Below, piece after piece: positions 1 to 8,607 of a stretch of DNA of 64,000 nt (position 1 is its first letter; each line of letters begins with the position of its first letter). Under the pieces are notes generated by a model. That model worked only from the letters and a program-made list of their open reading frames with translations, was not told where the DNA came from and did not search any database. The position numbers were made by a program, and so were the translations under genes. Location: the NCBI GenBank assembly GCA_000165345.1, contig CM000432.1, forward strand, positions 320,001-384,000, written 5' to 3'.

Positions 1-54
1 CTGCCTCTTATACTTTTTATTCTTATCAAAATTTTGGAATGTGTAGAAAATAAT

Positions 55-918
55 ATGGGTGGAGATGGAGGTAGTATTCCAAAAAGAGCAGATGTTGTGA
101 AAACTAAGGGTTATGGATTTAAGAGAAATTTGGGTGGAATGGGTTACATGCCAAATGCACAAGTAAAATTAACAAATGAAGAAAATTCAACAAAACTTAA
201 AATGCATGAAAGATGGACAAAATGCTATCTAACTAACGTAAGTTTGTCATTCCATTGCACTTTTTTTTACAAAACTAGTTCTTTGTTTTCTTTGGCATTC
301 TCAACATATTTAAATATATATTATGAGATTCCAAATGATACAAACCTTCACATTAAGTAATCATTTCCTTTTTTTTTCGAATAAACTAACTATTACCATT
401 TTCAGGAGCCATTAAATCCCCCAGTGGTAATATGTAACAAGGGATTTCTTTATAACAAAGAAGCTGTTATTAATAAATTACTTAGTAAATCCAAAACAGC
501 TCCACACATTAAAAAGCTTTCAGATGTATTCCAAGTTAAAGTAAGTAATATTCATCTTGATTACTTTCATCATCTTTATTTATTTATTTATTTTTTTTTT
601 ACTCTCAACATTTCAATTAATTAATATTTAATTTATGAAATGTACAATAATAATCTTTAGAACAAATTTAACAATATATTAAATTGCTTAATATGTCCAG
701 TAACTAACAAAAATCTGGATTACTATACCAAAGCTTCATATAATAAATGCTGTCAACATATTATTGCATACTCTTCTTCTTATTTAAAAAGTTCCAATTT
801 AACCAAAATTGGAGAAAGAAACGTTCAAAATAAACATCAAAAAGTTTGTATTAACTGTAATACTAACATTAATCCACAACATAATGAAATTAAGCTGTTC
901 TCTGATACAATAGATTAA
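55..918 (+). CDS. RTF2: Replication termination factor 2 (Rtf2-like, C2HC2 RING-like zinc finger) homolog; 3 exons join(55..237,406..540,661..918), about 191 aa
   Basis: Exon 1 starts with MGGDGGSIPKR, which matches the conserved Rtf2 N-terminus (MGCDGGTIPKR). Exon 2 (..VICNKGFLYNKEAVINKLL..HIKKLSDV) and exon 3 (LICPVTNKNLDYY..YNKCCQHI) match the Rtf2 core. GTAAGT donors sit at 238 and 541 and AG acceptors end at 405 and 660; all exons are phase 0. The ORF track split this gene into 34..360 (TTG-initiated) and 424..624. Confidence 0.75.
238..405 (+). other. intron 1 of RTF2-like gene (GTAAGT...TTTTCAG)
   Basis: Canonical donor at 238 and a pyrimidine-rich acceptor ending at 405; removing it restores the Rtf2 reading frame. 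Confidence 0.7.
541..660 (+). other. intron 2 of RTF2-like gene (GTAAGT...CTTTAG)
   Basis: Donor GTAAGTAAT at 541, acceptor TTTAG ending at 660; the downstream exon reads NKFNNILNCLICPV.. in frame. Confidence 0.7.
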
Positions 919-920
919 AA

Positions 921-2600
921 TTAATCTTCAAAAAATGAAAATCCGTCAGCATAACTTTCGGTTCCTTTTACAGCGTATTCCGGTAATTGATTTTCACCAC
1001 TACTGCCGCCAGAAATTACAAATGGAGATTCAGAAGTTCTTTGTAGTCCTCTTTGTTCATAACCCATACTTCCAAGATATTGAATTTGACCTTGAACGCC
1101 ATCAGTAACATCAATATTTTTAAATGTTCCTTCTGTGCCTCTTAAGTTTCTCATTCCAATACTATCACCTGTTAAATCTCCTCCTCTAGTTCTCTTCCTT
1201 TTAAGTCCATATCCCAATCCTCCTAATAGCCCTAAACCTGCAATACTTCCCACTACCGCTCCAGCTACTACTCCTGGATCGACCGAACTTTTAGTTGTAG
1301 CTGCGGCTGTAGTTGTAGTTAATTCAGTAGAAACTGTTGATGGTGCAGTAGTTGTCATAGTGGTTGGTGTAGTGGTTGGAGGACTTGTTGCTGTTGTTGG
1401 AGGACTTGTTGCTGTTGTTGGAGGACTTGTTGCTGTTGTTGGAGGACTTGTTGCTGTTGTTGGTGGACTTGTTGCTGTTGTTGGTGGACTTGTTGCTGTT
1501 GTTGGAGGACTTGTTGCTGTTGTTGGTGGACTTGTTGCTGTTGTTGGTGGACTTGTTGCTGTTGTTGGAGGACTTGTTGCTGTTGTTGGTGGACTTGTTG
1601 CTGTTGTTGGAGGACTTGTTGCTGTTGTTGGTGGACTTGTTGCTGTTGTTGGAGGACTTGTTGCTGTTGTTGGAGGACTTGTTGCTGTTGTTGGAGGACT
1701 TGTTGCTGTTGTTGGAGGACTTGTTGCTGTTGTTGGAGGACTTGTTGCTGTTGTTGTTGGACTTGTTGCTGTTGTTGGCGGATTTGTATCAGTGCTCAAT
1801 GTTGTGTCAGTGCTCAATGTTGTGTCAGTTGATTGCGTTGTAACTGGAGGTAAAGTTGTTGTTGATGCAGGTGGTGCAACAGGACCTCCTCCAAAGCCAT
1901 ATGTTACTACTTTATCTTTTGGGTCGTCTTGGTTTTCATTTGAAGAAACACCATTCGCGTTTGAATTGTCGGGTTCATCATCTTGATTTTTTCCAGTAAA
2001 ACCAGAATCATCTGACACGGCATCCCCTTCTTGATTCCCTCCAATTGAAAGATTACTTGATGAATCTTGTACAGATGTTGAATCTTTTCTTTGTTCGTCT
2101 GATGAAGTTTCAAACCCGGATGTTTTTTCATAGTCACCATCTTCAAAATCAATGGATGCATCGTTCCCAAAGCCTTGACTGGTTTCCTCGAGATCAGATC
2201 CTCCAACACTAGTACCACCAGCACTAGTACCACCAACACTAGTACCACCAACACTAGTACCACCAATGATCGTACCACCAATGCTCGTACCACCAATACT
2301 CGTACCACCAATACTCGTACCACCGGCACTAGATCCTCCAACACTAGTACCACCAATACTAATACCTCCAATACTAGTTCCATCAATACTCGTACCACCA
2401 ATACTCACTTTATCTTCATTTTCCAAATCAATTCCATCATTAAAACTCATTCCATCAATCCCAGAATTCATGCTCTCTGTTTCCATATTAGGAAGGCTTA
2501 AGTCTGATAATTGAAGACTTTTGTTATCAATTTCTTCTCCATTTAATAAATTCAAAATATTAAAGAAAAAGAAAATTAAAGAAAATATTTTATTATTCAT
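921..2600 (-). CDS. Mucin-like type I membrane glycoprotein, 559 aa: signal peptide, GGTSIG and PPTTATS Thr/Ser/Pro repeat arrays, C-terminal TM helix and acidic cytoplasmic tail
   Basis: Hydrophobic N-terminus (MNNKIFSLIFFFFNILNLL); (GGTSIG)n; (SPPTTAT)n; Gly-rich TM (GVVAGAVVGSIAGLGLLGGLGYGL) followed by KRKRTR and a tail ending ..YADGFSFFED. Its stop codon lies 2 nt from the RTF2 stop. Confidence 0.8.
   Translation of the reverse strand: MNNKIFSLIFFFFNILNLLNGEEIDNKSLQLSDLSLPNMETESMNSGIDGMSFNDGIDLENEDKVSIGGTSIDGTSIGGISIGGTSVGGSSAGGTSIGGTSIGGTSIGGTIIGGTSVGGTSVGGTSAGGTSVGGSDLEETSQGFGNDASIDFEDGDYEKTSGFETSSDEQRKDSTSVQDSSSNLSIGGNQEGDAVSDDSGFTGKNQDDEPDNSNANGVSSNENQDDPKDKVVTYGFGGGPVAPPASTTTLPPVTTQSTDTTLSTDTTLSTDTNPPTTATSPTTTATSPPTTATSPPTTATSPPTTATSPPTTATSPPTTATSPPTTATSPPTTATSPPTTATSPPTTATSPPTTATSPPTTATSPPTTATSPPTTATSPPTTATSPPTTATSPPTTATSPPTTATSPPTTTPTTMTTTAPSTVSTELTTTTAAATTKSSVDPGVVAGAVVGSIAGLGLLGGLGYGLKRKRTRGGDLTGDSIGMRNLRGTEGTFKNIDVTDGVQGQIQYLGSMGYEQRGLQRTSESPFVISGGSSGENQLPEYAVKGTESYADGFSFFED
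1376..1785. repeat. About 19 near-perfect tandem copies of a 21-nt unit (ggaggacttgttgctgttgtt), coding (SPPTTAT)n on the minus strand
   Basis: Direct tandem periodicity visible in the sequence; it produces spurious antisense ORFs 1135..1986 and 1376..1843. Confidence 0.9.
2200..2405. repeat. About 11 tandem copies of an 18-nt unit (accaccaatactcgtacc), coding (GGTSIG)n on the minus strand
   Basis: Direct tandem periodicity; it produces spurious ORFs 2175..2501, 2266..2514 and 1907..2401. Confidence 0.9.
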
Positions 2601-3391
2601 CTTTTCTGTATTGTTCTAATACTATAAAAATATATATTTTTAATCAGCTTAATGTTTAAAATTTATAATTAATATTTTTAAATATATATATAAATATATA
2701 TATTTAAAAATATATATTAGTTTATTTATTTAGTTTCTTTTGTATTTTATTATTTTCAATAACAATTGCATACAAAATAAATTTTCTAAAATTATTTAGA
2801 ACAATTTCAGTCTTGGATAATATGGATTTTATTTTATATCTATTTCTGCTCAATATCAAAGATACATATTTAAATGCTAAAATATTAATCCATTTATTTT
2901 GTCCACTTATAAATCTTAAATAGAAACTTATATGTATCAAACTAATTATTTCTATAACTATATCTAAAACATTATATCGAGCGATAACTATAAAATATTA
3001 ATTATTATTTACTATCTTTAATATTTTAAATAAATTGATTACTAAGTTAGAAAAAAAAAATGTATATATTGATTATTAATCTCATAAATATCTACTTTCT
3101 ATTTTACCGTACTAATTTTTGATATTTCAAAATATTAATAAATTATTTACTTTTTTTATTCCTTCTTGTATGTTAAATTTTCTTTTTTTTTTTTTAATTA
3201 TCTCCTCCAACTTTATAAATCCAATAATATTTTTGCATTACTCGCATTCCCCACATTCCCGCCATTGCATTTATTATGTCAAATATTTACATGTAATTAA
3301 TTTGTATATGGAGAGAAAAATTGCTTTATTTTTTCTTTTTCTTTTTTTTAATTGAATTATTAATTTTTATTAATATAAAGATAATATTAAT

Positions 3392-5185
3392 TTATGGTAT
3401 AATATCAACATTTTCTAGTATATCACTCAAAGTTGCTTTTGATATATATTTATCATATTTTTCTTCAATCATTGAATTACTATCACTTATTAAATGGTTA
3501 TGATTAAATTTATTATTATCTTTTACTTCAAATAATAATTGATACTTTTCATCCATTTTTTTGTTGATAATAGTTTTAAAATAAGTTTGATTCTCACTTA
3601 TAAAATTAATGTTTGACATTATTTGTTCATTATTTTTTATTTGGTTTGAATTTATATGTTTTTTTTTTTTGGTTGTTCTTGCTTCACATTCTTTAATAAT
3701 ATCGTCCATTTTTTCATGACAATGATTTTTGATCATATTACCAAAAGTTAAACCTAAAGCACCACCAATTGCTGCACCAAAACTCACTCCAATAGGACCT
3801 AAAATTAATCCAGCAGCACCTCCACAAACTAGCCCAGCAGTAGAACCATGAAATGGCCACCAATTAGCTTTTGATTTACTTCCTTTTGCAACAGATGATG
3901 CACCTTGTGCTGTGTTAATTTGAGCTAAAGCCGATTGTTCTTCTAGATAATCTATTTCTCCAGTACTTTCAATAATTAATTTATAAATTTCAGTTTGAAC
4001 TTCTCGTATTTTAATCATAGAGTGCTTAATATTTGTAACCTTGTTTTTACATTCCATAAGAGATTCAATATCAATATTTTCCATAACGATAGAAGCTCTT
4101 CGTGATTGATTTATCAAACCAAATTGAATTTCTGAAAATTGGCAACTATTACTATTACTATGGTTAACTTCTAATATTGATTTGTCCGAATTAAAATCAT
4201 GTATTGATGATGGGCATACAATCACTTCTGGCAATAAAATATAATTGACATTATTACTTAAATTATCACTGATTTCTTCATCGTAATCAATTTCATCAAC
4301 ATTCGATTCGTTTTCATCAATAGATAATTTATAAGAATTTTGATTTTGAGAATAATGATGATCAACATTAGATTTTTTTTCAAAATTTGTATTAGTTAAT
4401 TTATTATCATTTAATATTTGATCATTGTCTTGATTATCAGCATAATAAATATCATTTTCTAGAATAGATGTAACATTATTGTTAATATTAAAATACTCAA
4501 TTTCAATAAAATTATCATTTTTTGTATTCCAAATACTCATAATAAATGCTTGATTGAATAAATTATTTGCTATTTTACTTAACATTTTAAAATCACTAAT
4601 AAATTTTTCATGTTTTACACAATTTACTGTACATACATGATATTCTTCGATATTATTTTTATTTTGAGAAATAATATTATCCATTTCTATTTCATTAAAT
4701 TCTTGTATATCATTTGAAATACCGGTGCTCTTTGGGAAATTATCATTCCAATAAATAAACCAGTTGTAACTTAACGAATATTTACTCAAAACTATACAAT
4801 CTTCACCTAAAAGCTTGCATTTCTCTTCTAATATTCCACCTACTCTTAATCCAACTGATATGCATACTCTAACCAAATCTATTATATTTTTCTTTATATT
4901 AATAGCACAATTTTCTGCTTGATATTCTTCCAAACTATTTTTTAGCTTCACTAATAAAGAAGATAAATCAATCATTAATTCTTCTATTAATTCTTCCTGA
5001 TTTAAATTTTTCACAATTTTATTTAATGAACAATCTTCAAATTTTAACTTTCTTTCATTTTTAGGTAAACTAATTATTTCACTACTATTTAATAATTCTT
5101 TTTTACCATATCTCATTAAATTTGAGTCCAAATTATTATTTTTACTGTTTTTTTCTCCATAAATGTTAGTAATTGTCTTTTCCAT
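3392..5185 (-). CDS. Hypothetical membrane protein (597 aa) with a glycine-zipper transmembrane hairpin (GLVCGGAAGLILGPIGVSFGAAIGGALGLTFG)
   Basis: Long intact ORF; Asn-rich low complexity; a single Gly-zipper hydrophobic segment near the C-terminus. It resembles the Gly-rich TM segment of the neighbouring DUF726 gene but has no hydrolase domain. Confidence 0.6.
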   Translation of the reverse strand: MEKTITNIYGEKNSKNNNLDSNLMRYGKKELLNSSEIISLPKNERKLKFEDCSLNKIVKNLNQEELIEELMIDLSSLLVKLKNSLEEYQAENCAINIKKNIIDLVRVCISVGLRVGGILEEKCKLLGEDCIVLSKYSLSYNWFIYWNDNFPKSTGISNDIQEFNEIEMDNIISQNKNNIEEYHVCTVNCVKHEKFISDFKMLSKIANNLFNQAFIMSIWNTKNDNFIEIEYFNINNNVTSILENDIYYADNQDNDQILNDNKLTNTNFEKKSNVDHHYSQNQNSYKLSIDENESNVDEIDYDEEISDNLSNNVNYILLPEVIVCPSSIHDFNSDKSILEVNHSNSNSCQFSEIQFGLINQSRRASIVMENIDIESLMECKNKVTNIKHSMIKIREVQTEIYKLIIESTGEIDYLEEQSALAQINTAQGASSVAKGSKSKANWWPFHGSTAGLVCGGAAGLILGPIGVSFGAAIGGALGLTFGNMIKNHCHEKMDDIIKECEARTTKKKKHINSNQIKNNEQIMSNINFISENQTYFKTIINKKMDEKYQLLFEVKDNNKFNHNHLISDSNSMIEEKYDKYISKATLSDILENVDIIP

Positions 5186-5487
5186 TTAATTTGTTGGTAA
5201 TTGATGATTATTCCTTTTTTTTAATTCCTTATTAAACAAAAAAATTATTATTTTTTAAAATTTTATTATTAACACTACATTGAACTGTTTTTTTTTTTTT
5301 TTATATAATCTTATTTAATTTACGAAATCTTATATTTAATTCAAATTATACTAAAAAATCAATATTTATTCGAAAAAAAAATTAAATTATTTCTGTGCCT
5401 GTATATATTATTTTATTTCCTTATAAATATATTTTATTGTTAATGTGGACAATAATTACGTGTCAATTTTGACACAAATAAATTATG

Positions 5488-5535
5488 TACCGGAGTAATT
5501 GCATGCATATGCATGTAATTACTGCGCATTGCTAC
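5488..5535. promoter_or_regulatory. Near-palindromic element GTACCGG..GTAATTGCATGCATATGCATGTAATTAC..GCGCATTGC upstream of gene 3392..5185
   Basis: A 28-nt near-perfect palindrome holding two GCATGCA cores, flanked by GTACCGG and TGCGCA, about 300 nt upstream of the ATG at 5185. Confidence 0.45.
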
Positions 5536-5590
5536 AAAATTAAAAAAAAAATACTACGTAAAATAAACATATATTTATGTTATTTATCAA

Positions 5591-7996
5591 CTAAAAAAAG
5601 TTAACATAATATAAAATTTCACGAATTTTATCAGGATATTGATCATGCGAGGTAATCATTCCCGTTACATCATAATTTTCAACACCAGAAACATTTATGG
5701 GTGAAATTCCTGCGACATGGAATCCCCACTGCATATATCTATAAAAAAATGCAAGAACCCAGTCAGACCTTGAAAATACATTAATCATTCGATTTGAAAC
5801 AACAGACCTAGCTTTAATCCATTTCTTGGTATTTAAAGATGAAGGTAATCCCAACAATACAACATCTTGAATTTTATTGAATTGTTTACGATCATACATA
5901 ATTTGTAATGTTAAATATATAAGTCTAGCACCCATACTATAACCAACAAGTTTAATGGGTCTATCACCTGTAGTTTCAATTGAACATAAAACATCAGCAA
6001 GAATTATAGCAGCCTGCTCAGTTTTTTGTCTTGAAACTGCCCAAGTATTATCGAGAGTTGCAGCATATTGCATAATTGTTATAGGCCAGGATAAAGCTGC
6101 TGTTAAAGTACCAACCACTGTTTGAAGTAAAATAGCTTTTCCTGCAAAAATGGCAAGATCTTGTGACATTGTTATTGCTATGGAATTACCTAACTTTGAT
6201 AACACTTCAGGTTCAAATTCTACAGTATAACTTTCCATCCATTCAACTCCATTAAAAGCAATTTTCCAAGGCATAAATATATCATCATTATTTCTAAGCC
6301 AACCGCTAATACCAATTAAAATAGGAAGAAGACCAGATTTATCCGGATTTTTACCAACTTGATGAAAGTTAAAAATTTGTAATGGAGATTCTCTTCTACT
6401 CATTTTCCATCCTGAAAGACCTGCACCCCCTACGCCAGCAACTGCTGACATTGTGGCTGCACTTGTTCCAGCAGTCATGGCTGTTCCAAGAATTCCAGGA
6501 AAAGCTAATCCTAATGTGCCCAATCCTGCAAGAATACCAGGTGCTGCAATTGTTGTAGCTGTTGCCAATACAACACCGCCCAAAATAGTAGCACCAGCAA
6601 CTTTTAAATATCTCATTGATTTATTCCAACCTTTTTCAAGATTTTTGGTATCGCATTTAAGCCCACTCTTTTTAATATCATTAAAAGTTAACATTTGAAG
6701 AGAATCAAAAATTAAAAGTGATGATTTAAAATATTCATTATTATAATTTAACAAAAGATAAATTTCTTGGAGAATTGATAAAGTACGTGAATTTAATATT
6801 CCATCAATTGCATGAAGTCTTAATAATGATAATATTATTATTAAAAATGAGCTTGGTGATTGTTCATCAAATATGTATTCCAGATTATTAATGCCTGAAT
6901 GCCAAGTTTTTCTTCTTTGGCAATTTGATTTTGCATTAACATTACAATTATTACTGGAATGAGTATTGCTATTATTAAATATCTTCAAATTATTATCAAA
7001 AGCATTTGGGGAATTCAATGGTAAATTTAATATTTTCGAAGATATTCTATTATTTAATGAACTTGCTCTTGGATGTGTATGAGTATTTTGTTCATAATTA
7101 TTATATGAAACTTCAAATGCACTATTATTTCTGATCAGTAAAAAAGTTTCAGCATTTAAATCCCTATTTTGCTTCATAATACTCTTGGATCTTACATTAT
7201 TATTAATACTATTATTATTACAACTATATTCATTAAATAAAATGTCAAGTTTTGGCTGTAATTCATTTTTACAATACTCTATCAAAGTATTTTTTAATGG
7301 TCTAATATCTGGAAAATTCTCAATATTTGGATCATCAATATTTAAATAGTATATTTTTATCATTTGTTCTGTTATTATTTCTGGTATTGATAAATAAGTA
7401 CTTATTTGGCTTAAATAATTACAACCCCATATAATAAAGTAATCTTTTTGTTTCACATCAATATTGGACCAAATTTTTATACGATTTGTTAAAATTATGG
7501 AAATTGCATTAAATAAAATCTGTCTAATATCCATTGGAGTCCCTTTCCAAAGCTCATAAATTCTAATTGGAGGAAGAATATTCAATTTTCTGATATTTTC
7601 AAAAGCATAATTACTTGAAACCAAGAATTTTATCTTTTCAAAATGATTAATACTTTCAAAATGGTCTTGAAGTTTATGGTTAATAATTTCAGTTATTGAT
7701 TCATTATTATGCTGTTTATTCTTTACTGCAGAATTACTTGATTTTCTTCTAATATGGTAATTACTTGTTTCCGAAATTTTTTTATTATCAAAATTAAATA
7801 TTCTTGATTTTGGGAAATCTTGTGGAATATGGTTATTCAAAAATCTGTATGTATTAATTAATTCAATACTATTGTTATTATTTTCTTCAACTCTCAAAAA
7901 TGATTCTGCACATTTTTGTACATTTCTTTGGGAGTATATTTTCAATTCCGAATTTATATCATTGTTATTCAGTTTTTTATTGTTTAAATTGGTCAT
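5591..7996 (-). CDS. DUF726 / TMCO4-family membrane alpha/beta-hydrolase (801 aa) with a long N-terminal extension
   Basis: Gly-rich TM region (GATILGGVVLATATTIAAPGILAGLGTLGLAFPGILG...GGAGLSGWKMSRRE..IFNF) followed by a GxSxG lipase-type motif (VGYSMGARLIY). This is the same order as in TMCO4/yeast Mil1 (..GLTGYKMKKR..EEFEF ... GHSLGARV). Confidence 0.75.
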   Translation of the reverse strand: MTNLNNKKLNNNDINSELKIYSQRNVQKCAESFLRVEENNNNSIELINTYRFLNNHIPQDFPKSRIFNFDNKKISETSNYHIRRKSSNSAVKNKQHNNESITEIINHKLQDHFESINHFEKIKFLVSSNYAFENIRKLNILPPIRIYELWKGTPMDIRQILFNAISIILTNRIKIWSNIDVKQKDYFIIWGCNYLSQISTYLSIPEIITEQMIKIYYLNIDDPNIENFPDIRPLKNTLIEYCKNELQPKLDILFNEYSCNNNSINNNVRSKSIMKQNRDLNAETFLLIRNNSAFEVSYNNYEQNTHTHPRASSLNNRISSKILNLPLNSPNAFDNNLKIFNNSNTHSSNNCNVNAKSNCQRRKTWHSGINNLEYIFDEQSPSSFLIIILSLLRLHAIDGILNSRTLSILQEIYLLLNYNNEYFKSSLLIFDSLQMLTFNDIKKSGLKCDTKNLEKGWNKSMRYLKVAGATILGGVVLATATTIAAPGILAGLGTLGLAFPGILGTAMTAGTSAATMSAVAGVGGAGLSGWKMSRRESPLQIFNFHQVGKNPDKSGLLPILIGISGWLRNNDDIFMPWKIAFNGVEWMESYTVEFEPEVLSKLGNSIAITMSQDLAIFAGKAILLQTVVGTLTAALSWPITIMQYAATLDNTWAVSRQKTEQAAIILADVLCSIETTGDRPIKLVGYSMGARLIYLTLQIMYDRKQFNKIQDVVLLGLPSSLNTKKWIKARSVVSNRMINVFSRSDWVLAFFYRYMQWGFHVAGISPINVSGVENYDVTGMITSHDQYPDKIREILYYVNFF

Positions 7997-8142
7997 TTAG
8001 AAGAAAAATATTCCAATAATAAATATGGTAATGATTTTAAAAAAATAATATTATTTTCTTCTAATTACTGAAACCGTTCATTAACTGTAAATTAAAGAAT
8101 GAACAAGTTAAAAAAAAAAAAAAAATTTCCCATGCTAATTTA

Positions 8143-8154
8143 ACGCGCCAAAAA
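8143..8154. promoter_or_regulatory. E2F-like box ACGCGCCAAAAA in the divergent promoter of the DUF726 gene (-) and diflavin reductase gene (+)
   Basis: Matches the TTTSSCGC-type consensus; the gap is otherwise AT-only. Confidence 0.45.
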
Positions 8155-8607
8155 TTGAATTATTTAATTAATTGTCAGATAAAGCAAGAAATATGCTTTA
8201 TAATTATAATATTATTAATTATTAAAAATTAATAATAAATAGTCTTTTAATCATATTCATTTATTTGAAGATTCAAGAATTTGTCACACATATATTTATT
8301 CATATTTAATTCTTATTAATTCATCATTAATGGTAATTTGATTAACAAATAAAGTAAATTGAAAATTATAATAAAAATAAAGTCAAAATTTTGGTTCCAT
8401 ATTTATGAAAATTATAAAATAATAACAATAAAAATAATAATAATATTTTGGACATTTTATTAATCAAATAATTTTTATTGTTAGTTTAGTTTTTAAAGTC
8501 ATCTATTCAATTTTGGAAAAATTGCATTAATATTTTCCAAATAACTACTAATATATGGATATTTTATCAATTAAATACTATTTAGAACAAATATTATCAA
8601 GACAAAA

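Noticed and set aside
34-360. Track ORF 34..360 as an independent 108-aa protein with an unusual start
   Set aside because: It is TTG-initiated in the track and runs through an intron (GTAAGT at 238). The real gene starts at the ATG at 55 (MGGDGG, the Rtf2 N-terminus) and splices at 237.
1135-2514. Track ORFs 1135..1986 (+), 1376..1843 (+), 1907..2401 (-), 2175..2501 (+), 2266..2514 (+), all overlapping the mucin gene
   Set aside because: Every one is a frame-shifted or antisense reading of the perfect 21-nt and 18-nt tandem repeats (poly-LLLLEDL, VGGLVAV and similar). Only the minus-strand frame has a signal peptide, TM and tail, and runs the full length.
2722-3503. Small ORFs 2722..2940 (-), 3119..3355 (+), 3321..3503 (+) in the mucin promoter gap
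   Set aside because: They are ORFs made of Ile/Leu/Phe/Asn/Lys codons, typical of over-85% AT intergenic DNA, and have no motif support.
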